Shown piece by piece: positions 1-51,100 of a DNA stretch of 64,000 nt. The notes beneath the pieces are model-generated. The model ran no database searches and was not told where the DNA came from. It saw only the letters and a list, made by a program, of their open reading frames with translations. Each line of letters opens with the position of its first letter. Within the stretch, counting starts at the first letter, position 1. Source of the stretch: Tubulanus polymorphus (Eukaryota > Animalia > Nemertea); assembly GCF_964204645.1 (NCBI RefSeq), contig NC_134027.1, forward strand, positions 25,072,560 to 25,136,559. Direction: 5' to 3'. The position numbers were made by a program, and so were the translations under genes.

Positions 1-744
1 GCGCTGTTTGTAAAGAGTTGTTGTTTTATGGGCGGGCCTCCTCCCGCCTCGCCTGACTTATGAGTTCTTAAAATGCTGCTTCGTCAGACAGCTAGAAACC
101 CTACACAAGTCGCGCGGTGCTAAACACTGACATTTCCAGTCTTTGTCTTTCCTGGGTTTTCTGTATTCGTCATGATACTGACACTAAAAGCATTTACCGA
201 GTGTTTATTAAGCACTGTAAAAGATTTGCTGTTTTAATTACGCCTCTCTGTGGCCGGTGCCGTCCGGGCTGGTCGAGCAGTCGTAATGTTTGTTATCGCT
301 TTTTCATTGTTTTTTCATCGTTCGTGTCTGAGATTAATTTCTGTTTGTTGTAGCAATTTGTTCGTCGTCCGTCGTTGCGGGGTCGCTTTTCTGGCTCGCC
401 CGCTGCGTGACTCGCTCGCCTAATTTCTGTTTATGATGGTGATATTATTAGTCTCGCCGACATTTCGGAGAACAGTGATTTTTCTTCAGTTACGTGCTTT
501 CCCAATGCTACAGTAATTTCCTTCCTTCCTCGGTGTAGAGCAGCAATTTGCTGTGGCGCCCCAACCCCTGGTTAGCGCTCATTATCCCGGAAGTTTCGTT
601 AGCTCTTTCCATTACAAAATTTACAGATTCCATTCCAGATTTTGCTATATGCTGTTTCCAATCGTGGATTTGCTCTCTCCATTCAGAGCAACTCGAGATT
701 TGACCCCTGAAGAACTCTAGTTCCGGACCGCAATATGTTGGCCT

Positions 745-1280
745 CCAATGTGCTGTCCCTCTAACCCCTATGTATTCCACACAATAATTGATTATTTTCT
801 TGTACAGACAGCAATATGTTGTCCCTCTTCTAGACAGCATTGTATTGTTCCTCTATTCTAGACAGCAATGTATTGTTCCTCTATTCTAGACAGCAATATG
901 TTGTCCCTCTTCTAGACAGCATTGTATTGTTCCTCTATTCTAGACAGCAATGTATTGTTCCTCTATTCTAGACAGCAATATGTTGTCCCTCTTCTAGACA
1001 GCATTGTATTGTCCCTCTATTCAATGAAATGTCCCCTCCATACTCAGGACTCTATTATACTATTTCGGACCACTTATTGCAGTCCCTTTTTTCTAGACAG
1101 CAATCTGCTGTCCCTCAGACAGCAGTGTTTTGTCCCTCTATTTTGGACTACATCGTGCTGTCCCTCCTTTCCAGACAGCAATGTGCTGTCCCTCTTTTCC
1201 AGACTGCAATTCGTTGACCCTTTATTTCAGACGTGAATGTTTTATATAGGCAGCAACGTGTGGCCCTGTCCTGTACAGCT
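745..1280. repeat. ~28-30-bp minisatellite, degenerate at its edges
   Basis: Repeats of tctagacagcaatgtattgttcctctat and tctagacagcaatatgttgtccctct. Confidence 0.85.
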
Positions 1281-1936
1281 ATCCATTTATCACTACCTGG
1301 ATTGAGGAGCAAATAGTCGTGTGTTTATGGGGAGAGAGTTCTGTATACAGGACAGTGTGATATCATCCCATCAGTATTCAACGCGTGATGTTCTCATTGC
1401 GTGCGTTATCTGTTACACCTCACGTTTATGTTTTATCGCCGTTAAATGCCGCGACCGATCTTCGGTAATCGTTACTTTTCGAATTTGATTAGCGCGCGAT
1501 GAATCGACGAGATCACAGCATTCGATACATCGGTAAGACTCGTAAAAAAAACACCGGCCGATCCGTAGATTCGAAACGTGCAGTGGCTGGGAGGTTTCAA
1601 CGCAATCGAGGAGACGGCTGCCAAGTCAAGGCTGATATCATTTTCGTCCCATAGCAAATCTAACAACAAATCTAACACCTCTGACTTCTAGGATTTGAGA
1701 TCACTTTTGGACATGATTATTTTCTTCTGGCACTTTTACCTATGGTAAATTGGTATATTGTATCTATCAATTACAGTGTTTTTACGTCTGACGTTGCCAT
1801 CACATACCCTGTACGTCTGGATCCGCACTTTTGTTGATTTGAACCCGAACCCTGGTCGATCACGCTCCACTCGGTGTTGTCAGGCTTTTCATGAATTGTG
1901 ACTCTAAAAATGTTATTTCATTTCGTGTATTTACAG

Positions 1937-39886
<37,950 letters not shown>

Positions 39887-40876
39887 TCTTAACTCCGATT
39901 TTAGAGAATCGTTTTTCTTCTCATCGAATTTTTTTCTCTCGAAAACTTCAGGGTTCGGTTTTGTTTGTTAGAGAGACCAGTGTTTGAAAATTTCACAGAA
40001 TGATGAACCGATGGAAATAACTGAAAAATTTTTCGAAATAATCTGTGACTAGGTGTTATTAGTCCTCGTTAGCGGAAGTAATTAAGTTTGCTTAATTGAA
40101 GCTGGTAGATGATTAGATTAAGTTCCTTCAGTTTAATCGAATCTACCTTAGCTTTAATCGGATCTTAGTTTTATTTGATTTCGGTTTTATAGGAAATTTC
40201 TGAGTATGAATCTTAGACAAGTGTTACTCAGCAGAACTATGTCACTCACCACCTGAAAAAGCTGCCATTTTGTGCATTTATTCCATCATAAAAATCATCT
40301 GCCTATAAAATGTATCCACATCATAATGGAGACAGTTTTGCAGAACTAAGTAGAGTCAAATCACATTGAAAATCTGGGGCCAGTTGCTCAAAAATTGGTT
40401 AAAGATAACCGATGATAAATACCATAGTAGTAATGAACTTTTACATGTCACCGTGTCAACTATCCTCCGGTTAATTTTAACCAACTTTTGAGCAATTGCA
40501 GCTCCAGAAAGTTGCCATAAGTGACAAATCATAATTTGGTTTTGCACAACTGGCCCATGATCGTAAAGACATTAACCAGAATTTTCTAAGATATCCGCCA
40601 ATATATATTATAGCTTATTTAATAATTTATTACATAATACGACAGGCTAAAATCTACTACCGGAAATCGAAATTCGCGTTTCTGTGTCGAATTGAATATA
40701 GGATAAGATCTGGCACTCCGAGTAACCTGGATTCTACCCGGATGGTAAAGGAGTATGCACTGATGGTAGATTTTACTCTGCAATGTTCTATAGACTATAC
40801 CCATAAATCATGCCGAATATTCTTTCATTGATATGTTTGTACAATGTACTTAAAAATTATGCTAATGATACTAACA

Positions 40877-40919
40877 TTATGATAATAATGATAATAATAA
40901 TAATAATAATAATAATAAT
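40877..40919. repeat. (AAT/GAT)n microsatellite in the probable MAGI 3' UTR
   Basis: atgataataatgataataataataataataataataataatg. Confidence 0.9.
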
Positions 40920-42711
40920 GGTTATGAACATTAGTGATAAATTACGTTATTAGTGATTATTTTAGTACGATGAATTGAATTAACGATGAATTATTTAGCG
41001 CGTGATATTAAGCTATTTTGCTCAAGTAAAGTTTTGTTTTGTACACAGGTGACTATCTACTTCTTCATGGAGCAGTAAAATGAAATGTCGATGGCTTCAG
41101 TAATCGGTATCCCGGTAAATCAGTTTTCCTAAAAAAAAATGTCTTGCCTAAAATTCATAAATTTGGCGTGCCAAAGTTAGTTTAGAGAAGCGTTGAGTTT
41201 AAATAAGTTCGAATTGTAGACTTTGGAAATGTTAAGAAATTGTACGTAAGCAATTATCAGTTTGTCGATTGTAGTGTTCAAGCAGTTTTTATCAGCAGAC
41301 GGACTGATATTGATTTTATTCGTACGTCTATTTTGCTATTGATGTTCGACTGAAATTGCGAATAATTGTGTTTTTAATCCATAAATCAAAGCAGGTCTTT
41401 GGTGATTTCTCGTGTTGAAGATAATTTTTGTTTTCGTGTCGATGATGTAATTTCCATAACTCTCTACAACTGCTTATAACACTATCGTTGTGTAATATAG
41501 TACGGTGATTAAAATGGCTGCTCTATGTAGGTCGATGTTTTTTGAGTGTAAAATCTAAAAATTCAGGATCCAGTTCCGCAGTTGTGAGTTTGAGGAGTTA
41601 AAATCTGTTCATTTTCAACGAGTTAACTCTGAGGTAAATCTTGACTGGGTTCTGCACTCTCATTAAGTCATTCTCTGGTAAATTCTACTGCCTCACAAAG
41701 GTGGGGCGAAGTTGAATTATAAACCTAGTCACGTGGCATTGTTTCTATAAAGACTCACTCCTAGCGTTGTTTCGTGAAGAAATAACTGGATTTTCTTTTT
41801 ATTCATGCAATAAATCGGGCATTGTAGAAAATTAGTCGTCGTTAGCCGGGACCCGGTTCCACGAAAGATTTCGATCTTTAAACGTTTGATAGTTCTCAGT
41901 TTTTCAAGAACGTGAATTGATAACTTTTTCGTGAAACTGGTCAGGTCCATGTTTGTGCTTCATAGTTGAAATGGCAGCAGTTTTTTCCGTGAATTTTTCT
42001 GAATTATGTACGTATCGGATGATAATATCAACTTGGGGCGGATTTAGGGGGTGGTCTCAGGGGTCCGGACCCCTGCCTTACCAAATCATTAAAATCTCTA
42101 AATTTGGCACTTATCCTCTCGGAAATTGCAGCCTCTCTGGTATATTTCTTCAAAAATATCTAAAACCGAACGCGGAACCCCTACAGAGGCTTTTGACATG
42201 GTTGCTTTATCCGAGAAATGCCCTTTCTTTTCTTCTGGATCCCGCCTTCCTATTTTCCTAGATCCGCCCCTGATGAATGTAGCTTAGAAACATCAGAAAC
42301 GATTCGATGAATTGTACATTGACTTAGTGTTTATAGCCTTAAGACTAAAAACCTGTAAGTAACGTAGTAATATTTCCACGGATGTAAATTGTAAATATTT
42401 AAATCGATTTTACGTTCAAGAAGATGTAATCGTGAACATGTATATAACGAACTGTGATTCATTCGCGTTCAAAATCCTGTTCCATATTCGGCGATGACGA
42501 TGTTTAAAGTTAAGTGTGTTTTAAATGAAGACAAAGCCCCGGAGGCTGCCGCGCGTCTGTTCTGTTCTCGTTAAATTGTTTCTCGTCGAATATTCATCGT
42601 CAACGGATGTCTACGATGCAACTGGTTCTCATCCTCGCTTGCCAGGGTTCGATTGCCTTCCGCCGAAACTCATGACAACACAAACTGTGGCCGCATTGGT
42701 TTATAACACAG

Positions 42712-42850
42712 GGACCAGTTGCATAGTCATGGCTTAGACTTAAGACATGTCTAAAACCAACTTAGTTCTATACTCAATCTAACAACTTAAGACCAGTCTT
42801 AAGATTTAAGACCACTTTTGGACTTAAGTCACGACTGTGCAACTGGGCCC
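42712..42850. mobile_element. Dispersed short palindromic MITE family
   Basis: ggaccagttgcatagtcatggcttagacttaagac...ttaagtcacgactgtgcaactgggccc. Related copies at about 2158-2278, 5330-5455, 29160-29435, 36695-36900 and 52420-52710 (the last with ~47-bp internal tandem expansion). Confidence 0.7.
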
Positions 42851-44287
42851 AGGTTGCTGCTCTGTGGCCATCAGTCAAATATATCTAGCCAATCAGATGC
42901 CTTGCTAACAATACAACGCATCTGATTGGCCTAATACATAGACTGGTGGGCGCTGAGCAGCAACCTGTCCGCCTAAGAAATATCGGGCTATGTAATAAAC
43001 CAGTGAAGAAGACCAGTGAAGCTTAAACTCCGACAACGGCAATCTAACCCTGGCAAGTGAATATGCTGTTCCTACGTATGAAGCCGTGTTCACTTAGAAA
43101 AATATATCAAATCCCTTAAAAATCCCATAAACTACTTATAATAGCAAATACTATACATACACATAATAGATAATAGTATTCATTCTTCTTTGATCCGGTT
43201 CCACAGTGGATAAACTCACAACTGTGGAACCGGGAGTCCAAATTTTTAATACGTGTATATTTCCTCTCTTATTCCGCTCATAAATAGCCAGGGTTACCAT
43301 ATTATTATAAACCGCTAAATAATCATCATTTTCTTGTAATCGTCATGTTAGTCTTCGGGTCCGCTTTCAGAAATCGACAGTTCCTAGTTTTTGCGAAATC
43401 GGCGAGATAAAAGAAAATCTGTTCATCTTTTCAGTAATTTAGACTAGAGTCAAATTTAGCGTAAACTAGACGCCATAAAAGTAGGTTTTATTCTAGAAAG
43501 AAGCTCTTTCGCCATTGCGCGAACTTCATTAATACCACAGATTGACCGGAAAAAAAATCTTTGAATTGACTGGGAAATATTGTATTAGTTCAGCATCGAT
43601 CAGTCAATCAGATCGCATGTTAAAGTAGATTTGATAATTTGTTATGAATATATCGATGATTATTATAAATAAATGTGCAATTTAACCTTTCATTTACATC
43701 CAGTTTTATCTTCTTCTTTTTTCGGAATGCTTCAAATTTAGTTTGGATTTTTTTTTCCTATTTCGTGGGGTTTTGAAATAACGGTCTGATAGGACTATTC
43801 TAGAGGATTTGTACAGGGTTAGTCTTAATTTGGAGTACCAGCTCGATGAGCCCGCTAGAGCTCTTGTAATTAATAACCAACCGTACAGTGCTGCCACCAA
43901 TTAACTTAACCGTATGGTGCTGCCACCGATGCCCTATGTAACACGTGCGTTTGTTTATTTCCGTGGTGTGACGTGTCTGGAAATTCGACCAATGAGCGAG
44001 ACTGAATCGACACACACCTCCAGTTAGCCAACTCACGTGTATCTGAGCTGATAAAATAGTTCGAAAAGTTTTTACCAATAAATCAAAGAAAGTCAAGAAA
44101 AGTCTGCTTCCAAACTCAAATAACCAAAAATATAATTTACGAATATCTTTCAGTGGTATTTTGTAACTTTTAAAAGATATTCGCCGACTTTTCACCGAAT
44201 TCGGCGCATTGACTTTCGTCCTCGGCAGCCATTGAGCCTCTCGAGTAGAGTCGAACCTGGGTCATCAGATCGTAAATTACCAGCAAA

Positions 44288-44316
44288 ATGACGGGCTTTT
44301 ACAGCAGAATTATACG
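44288..44316 (+). CDS. PCK: Candidate alternative first coding exon of PEPCK encoding a mitochondrial presequence start
   Basis: caaaATG ACG GGC TTT TAC AGC AGA ATT ATA CG|gttcgt is phase 2, matching the acceptor at 49931. It gives [37 protein letters not shown] with no acidic residues. The same GTTCGT donor is used in RPL13 (61745). Confidence 0.6.
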
Positions 44317-47300
44317 GTTCGTATAAACACGTATTTACTCTTTAAATTATCAACCGGATTTTAGTTTGAGACAGTGTTTAATTAGGTTGCAATTTGACTT
44401 AAGAAGTATGGAAAATTTTTGACATTTCCACAGCACAGGCTCGGGGGATCGATTCTCTTAACACCGCACGTACCGACCGTGTTCATTCGCAATGAAAGGT
44501 TGACCTTGCTAAAAGTCGACGTCGTCCAGTAACTTTGTTTCTGTAGGTCTCCTGCTTTTGCCAATTGTTGATTGATCATAGGTTATAACCAGGTCGCCAT
44601 TTCTTTCTTTCATTCAATCCAAACCTGATAAAAAGTGAGTCCAATCATTTAATTGATAATTCATTCCAAAGTTGTTTGTTGCTGGAATCAAGATGAGTTC
44701 TGATCTTAAACTTTCTTCTCTCATAAGGAGTTGACTGAATAGTATTCTGCTGATGTTAGACCCTGTAATCTACTACCGCTATCTTATCTATCTATCTCGT
44801 GATAAGATTGCACCTTTACATTTGAACTTACACAAGAAAAGTTCATTGATAACTTTATTCAATTATAGTCTGACCATTTTGATTAATCATAGTCAGTCTA
44901 CATAAGAGCAGTCCCCAATAAGTAACTTTTTTTCTAAAAATACAGATTTCATTTCAGCCTTTCCGATATAGGCGTCTAACTCTTTCACTGTAGGCAATTT
45001 GTATTGGTTTTGTATCGGCAGCCTTGGATCCAATCTCACAATACTGAGTTGAATTTAACTCTAGAATATAATTAGGCCTAGTTCATTGAAAATGAACTTA
45101 TTACAACACTGCAGTCAAATAGGCTATAAACTCTAACTGTGGAGCAGAATCCTGGATATATTGATTAGGGCCTAATTGATGGGAGTCCTGGATACTGTTT
45201 ATTGATCTGTGAAGTTGCTATGGTTCGTTTCCTTAGAAACCGTGAAATTGTCTTTATTTCAAGCTGTGGGGTGGTGGGGGAAAGTGTGTTTTTCATTTCA
45301 ATACCGTGTGTGTAAAAAGATGTTGGATTGTGAGTGCGACTTGGCTGACTGTGATGGAAGGTAATCAGTAAGAAGATCCCCAAACCTCATCCACCGCGCC
45401 CCCTCAACCAGTGTCACCATCAATAAATCGACCAACCATATCATTAAACCTGATAAGGCCAATTGATTACATTAACATATGTTAATAGTGTTTAATAGTT
45501 AATTAGTAACAATTTATATGTGTATTAATGTGTATGCACAGGTTTTGAGCATGTTATCAGAGGTGTCCAATTAAATGCGTATAGGATATAACTTGTTTTC
45601 CTAATTATTTCCTAATTATAAGGGAGGTAATTAGGCTAGGCCATGATCAGGCAATTAATTTCTAAGCTACCTATAAGGTACCAGCACATTTGTTATAGGT
45701 TGTAAATGTTTCGGAAAACGTATCCTGCTCCCTGGGACCTGGTTACATTTGTATGGTTCTGGACCTGCTGCCCCAACTCGAAATAGAAGATTACACCAAA
45801 GTCAAGCTTTGATTTTCTGTATTTTGGGGGGGGGGATCGAAAACCTTGCTACTTCAGCAGCCACGATGTCGTACACTTAACGATGAATGCAGCCCCTTTA
45901 GAATTCCAGCATATTGAGAACACTGATAGTTCCCCGGCCAAATTATCCTCTGGACTAAATTATTCTTTCGTTTAAAATTGTTTTCAAATTTCTCGCATGT
46001 TTTACATTGTCTGCTGGTACTGGTGAGAAATAACTATTGCAATGTTCTCCATAAGGTGCATCTACTTTTATCACTAGCCACAACAGCTGGGGCTATGGAG
46101 ACCAGGTTCGTTCCATGTCCTGTTGAAAAATATAAATTCAATGTCTCGACATTCTGACGGTGTTCGACAGATAGAGATAGGTCTAGGCCCGAATATTCTC
46201 TGAATTGTCACGTTCAGCCTGTTTAAAAGCTCCATTGTTAGTAAACTTTTTTCTTCGGTGACCTTTCGATTCATGTCTGGTGATTCAGTGTTCGATGCAT
46301 GAAAACACTTGTTTCCAGATCTTTTTATCCGATCGAACCTGTTTTTGTTTTTCTCGGAATAAAAGCTGTTCATTATTTTTCGCGATAAAAAAAAACTGGT
46401 AGCGGCCTAAATGATTAAATGTGAAGCGTTAATATTGAATATTTTGTTTGTCGTGACTACGCGATATTTCTAATGACGTTATTTGTCGGCTGTTCTTTGG
46501 AATCGACCGACATCTAGAATCGAGTCCACGTTTCACAGATCACACAACAACCTATGTCACTGTTATTTTAATTTATCTTATCTGACAATTAGTCGTTAAT
46601 TTCGTCATCAGACTGGGCTTGTTTTAAAAACTTCAGGTCGGGTCGCGCATTTTGTTTATCTATCAAGCTTTCGAATTTTGTTCCCGACCTCAAGACTTAT
46701 GACACCATCGCCCATCAGGTTATATTTTTCTCAAGAAGTAATCTCTTTTCGTCATACTTTATGACGTTTCAAGACTGCCACATTCCTCCTGCACTAGAAG
46801 TACTGCATTCCTACGAAATCTGAAATTTTCCCTTTTGAAATAGCTTGAAAAATCCAGGAATGATGGATCTTCAGGGACTGTGAAGTCGACCCGTCGCTCA
46901 CGAGGACTGTTATTGATGAGTTGTATTTACCTCAGGATTTGAACCCGGTGACCCTCAGCTACGGCATGAAACACTGCTACTCTAGACCGAACAAGCAGCT
47001 TCAAATATTGTCATCATTAGCCAATCAGAAATCCTGTTTTATTTTAGCCAGGGTTTTTCCAGTTATCTGTGGAATTTCGCTTACTGATTATACAACGGTC
47101 AATTGGTGCCGCGAGTATTCTTGTGGCAAACATGCGCTGCGGTTTCGTCCCGTGGCTGAGTCTAGCGATTGCATCAGCTTCGAATCCCTGGTGAGGCAGG
47201 ATGCATTACCTGGGATCAAATATAATGAGCGAACAGGTAATAAATAGGTAAACTGATTTTATCAGGAATCATTAGCTTTCGCTACTGGTGTACAGAAGTT

Positions 47301-48171
47301 CATCGGGTATTTATGGATTGATTTACCTCCTGATAGCATCGTGAGACTTCACTGTAATTTAAAACCCTGTTTCGGGATGGAGAAATCCAGCCACGATGAC
47401 TTCTCTTTAAACCCCGAGAACAGCCCGATTAATGACGAGTTTTATTATGAGGAAAATTCTGCCCTCGATGACGACTTTCCGAGAAGCTCTCAAACACGTA
47501 TCACAGGGTGATAATCTGTTGCTCCAGTTGTTCAGAAGATAATTGCGGATAGTCCAGCTCTTAAAATGTATCAATCATGGGGTTTAAATCCCGTGATTTA
47601 GCTACCCATAGAAATTCAGTGTCTTGCAGCCAGAAAAAATATCAACTTTGAATTCCTTATTGAGCGAATTCCGTCGCGACATATCATTATTTATAATTCG
47701 AGAGCTTCATCGAAAATCGACACGAATTCCTCAAAAAATACTGCGACGAACATAACAATCCGACGAATATAATCGTCGTCGATGTCCTATTGTAGATCAG
47801 GGTTCAACGTTCAAGCTGTGCGTGCAGCCTGGAAATATTCTGACCCGATGTTGACACCAACAGCTGGGTCATCTAACTCGGGAGGTGTGTCGCCTCTAAA
47901 GCCTTCTGATTGGCCGTCGTAGGGGGTATGTCTCCTATCCGATTGGTCAGATTGACTTTGACGTCTGGCCTTATCAGTTCTTATGTCATAGATTGTCGCG
48001 AAATTCGGATAAAATCGATCAATATTATTGAATTCTGGTCACAAGCAGTTTGATTAGTTAGTGAAATGCGATATCGCCACGAGTCAGGATTTCAGATTTC
48101 AACCATCGGTTTTTGCGACAAATTCGGATTCGAAGTTTTGTGATATTTAGTCGGACGCGCGGCGGTTTGCG

Positions 48172-51100
48172 ATGACCGTTGATGAATTAACGATGTCGTC
48201 GTCGACGACGACCGGTCAGATTTACAGCGTTTGGTGCGAAGTGCCGGAAAAAAACATTTCGCTTATCAGCGACAAGGAATTCATTCTCAGGGAGGAGTCG
48301 TATCCCGATATCATGAACGGGTAGGTCCAACTCTCCTGAAACTGCGCGCTGTCTTTTGTGTTCTAAAAAAAAAGTTGAGAATTGTTTTCTATTTCCGAAC
48401 GTTTCAACTTTTTGAAGTCAATTTCTTGATGTTTTGAAATATTCGCTATCGTGAAACAATTGTAGGACCAATCTGAGTTTTTCATCAGGCCTTTCTGATC
48501 ATTTCATTTGTAGATCGAAGTAGACCACAGTGGGCTTTTCAAAATTGGCACAATTGGCTTCAAAATCCGAAAATGTAAATCGTTTATAATATGATTATTC
48601 CTGTTGCCCTATCTTTCATAGGGCGCACTTACAAAACAGTCTTTTTTGAAATATTTACATCCGAGATGAAGTTTAAAAGTAGGTTTTCTTAGCGTAGTCT
48701 ATATCGAGTCAAATCTGACTGGTGAAACTGCGCCAAAAAGATTATTTCGGTTTTTACCGCGGCATCTTTTCCATCACCCCTTCTTCGAAAGCGTCCCTCA
48801 GTTTTTTTGTGGTCCGCAGTTCTTTCCTGTCTAAAACCTGCAATATCCAGATTCAGTACTGGATAGTAGTGAATGTGTGAGTGTATTTTAGGAGTTTACC
48901 TCACGGCTGGGTCTCTCTTCCACTTTCTCCTCTACTCTGACATTTAAAGCTCATCCGACTGTAAACTGCAGATCTGCCGATTTTCTCATGTTATGCAACT
49001 GTTAGCGCTGAACTGAAGGTATTTCAGTCTTGTCTGTATCGTCTGTATTCACAGATTTTTTTATTCCAGCTAATGTTAAAGCCTATACACGCGGCGTCGA
49101 GCTAATCTTCTTTCCCGCTGAATTCGTTCGTTATTTCGCTATTATTTCTACATTGTAAAAAACAATCCTCACTTCGAATGATAGGAATCGCTCGTTTAAA
49201 ATGTATTTTACTCTGAAGGCGGAAATGTTTATGACATTTTAATATCGTATTTGAGAGGACCCGGTATTTCAGCGTAATTATGGGACTTGAACCCGATTAT
49301 CTCTGCCGACGTCTGCTCTGGTGTTCTGATTTCTCCACATCCTCAGCGGAGTCTTAATTCATTATTATTCAATACACTAGAGCTTTCTGAGGCTGTTTCA
49401 ATCGATCCAACATTTGTTCAATTTAGATTCTGGTAAATTTGTGTAGGCCTATATATTGCTAGTGCCTCGTACATTAGACTATTTACCCGGATGATATATG
49501 GGTTATTCTAGGAAGGATTTTGAGTGACAATTGATCCAGTGTGTACTGCATTGGGGAAATCGAGGGCATTTGATAATCAGCAAAATTACGTATGCTTTTT
49601 GAATGGCAGCCAGTAAATTTGTATTGATCTGATTTGAATCCAGCTTATCCTACGGTTGGCCTGGTTATTTATGTATTTATTGGAAGATGCCCTATTTTCA
49701 TAGACAGCCATATTCAAAAACAGCTAATAATGTTAGATTTACAGATTTTTTTAACTCGATCGAAAAGAGTTTTGAAGTTAATATGATGAGGTTTCTATTT
49801 ATAGATGTTTGAACTCCTTGATCAACAAGAGTTTTAAAGCTTATATGATGGGGCTTCGATTTACAGATACTTGATTTCATTGATCAAAAAGAGTTGTAAA
49901 GCTAATATGATGACCTTGTTGTATTTACAGATGTTCGAACTCGTTGATCAAACAGAGTTTAAAAGGTCTAACGCAACAGACGGGACTCGGCCACGCGAGG
50001 GCGATCACGAGTCTCGGCGGCGATCTCAGCAAACTGCCCGAAAACGTACAGAACTACGTACAGAAAAACATCAAGATCTGCGAACCGGAAAATATATACA
50101 TCTGCGACGGTACGAAGAAAGAGGAGGGCTTCCTGCTCGATCTGCTGCAGAAAAACGGACAAATTAAGAAATTGTCGAAATATGAAAATAAGTAAGTATA
50201 TACGCGGGGATCCCATCATCGCAGACGGGTCCTGGAATTGATACAACTGGTCCGAGTTAATTCACTAAAAAGAAACCAGGGATTATGCACAACTGGATCC
50301 TGGTCCCAGTTGCCCAGTTCCGTGTTAATTTCGACTACCGTTAAAATCAGTTAAATGAAAAAACTATAGGCTCATAAAATGTATTCGTATATTAGAAAAA
50401 CAAAGAATCATGATAAAAGATATAAGAATCAAAATGGCCTATCAAAACTTAAATGCAACTGTCAAAAAATTAGTTCATCCATTAATGTGAATTAATATCA
50501 AAATCATCATTGATTGAATTACATAAACTTGGTTCAACGAATATAGAAAAGTACATTCACAAATCAATATCAATATCACAGCTGGTCAAAATAGAAACAG
50601 CGTGCTACACATATATGTCAATCAGTCAATTCACTAAGTTCAACGTTTTGGAGTCAAAATTAGTTCATCTTCATAGAGAACGCATAGGCCTAATCAAAAC
50701 AATCTAAAGTTATGAATGGAATATGAATGAAGCTAATTCAAGTAACGATGTGGAACCGGGTCCACTGGGTCCATGGGAACAAGTTGAGATTTGTTTATAC
50801 CATAGTTAGGCTTTAAGCTAAGCATACATCGACAAAGCGACTGGAGACAACTAGTTGCTAGTGAGCGAGTGCCCCACGCAGATCGAAAATTTAGTAAAAA
50901 CCAGCAACTGCGTGGCTCATGCCGGTCGCTAGGTCCATAGCGCACACATCGACAGCAACTGAGATGTGGTTTAGCAAATATTCTTGAGGGCATCACAAGT
51001 CACGTGACAAACAGCTTTGTTTTAGTCAGTTACAACCATGTGTTGTTGATTATGGAGCGCTCACATCGACGGATATGAGAGCAACTGAGTACAACTAGTT

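Noticed and set aside
508-1236. ORFs 508-840 (-) and 922-1236 (+)
   Set aside because: Largely or partly made of the minisatellite; no recognisable protein motif. A transposon remnant in 505-745 cannot be excluded without a search.
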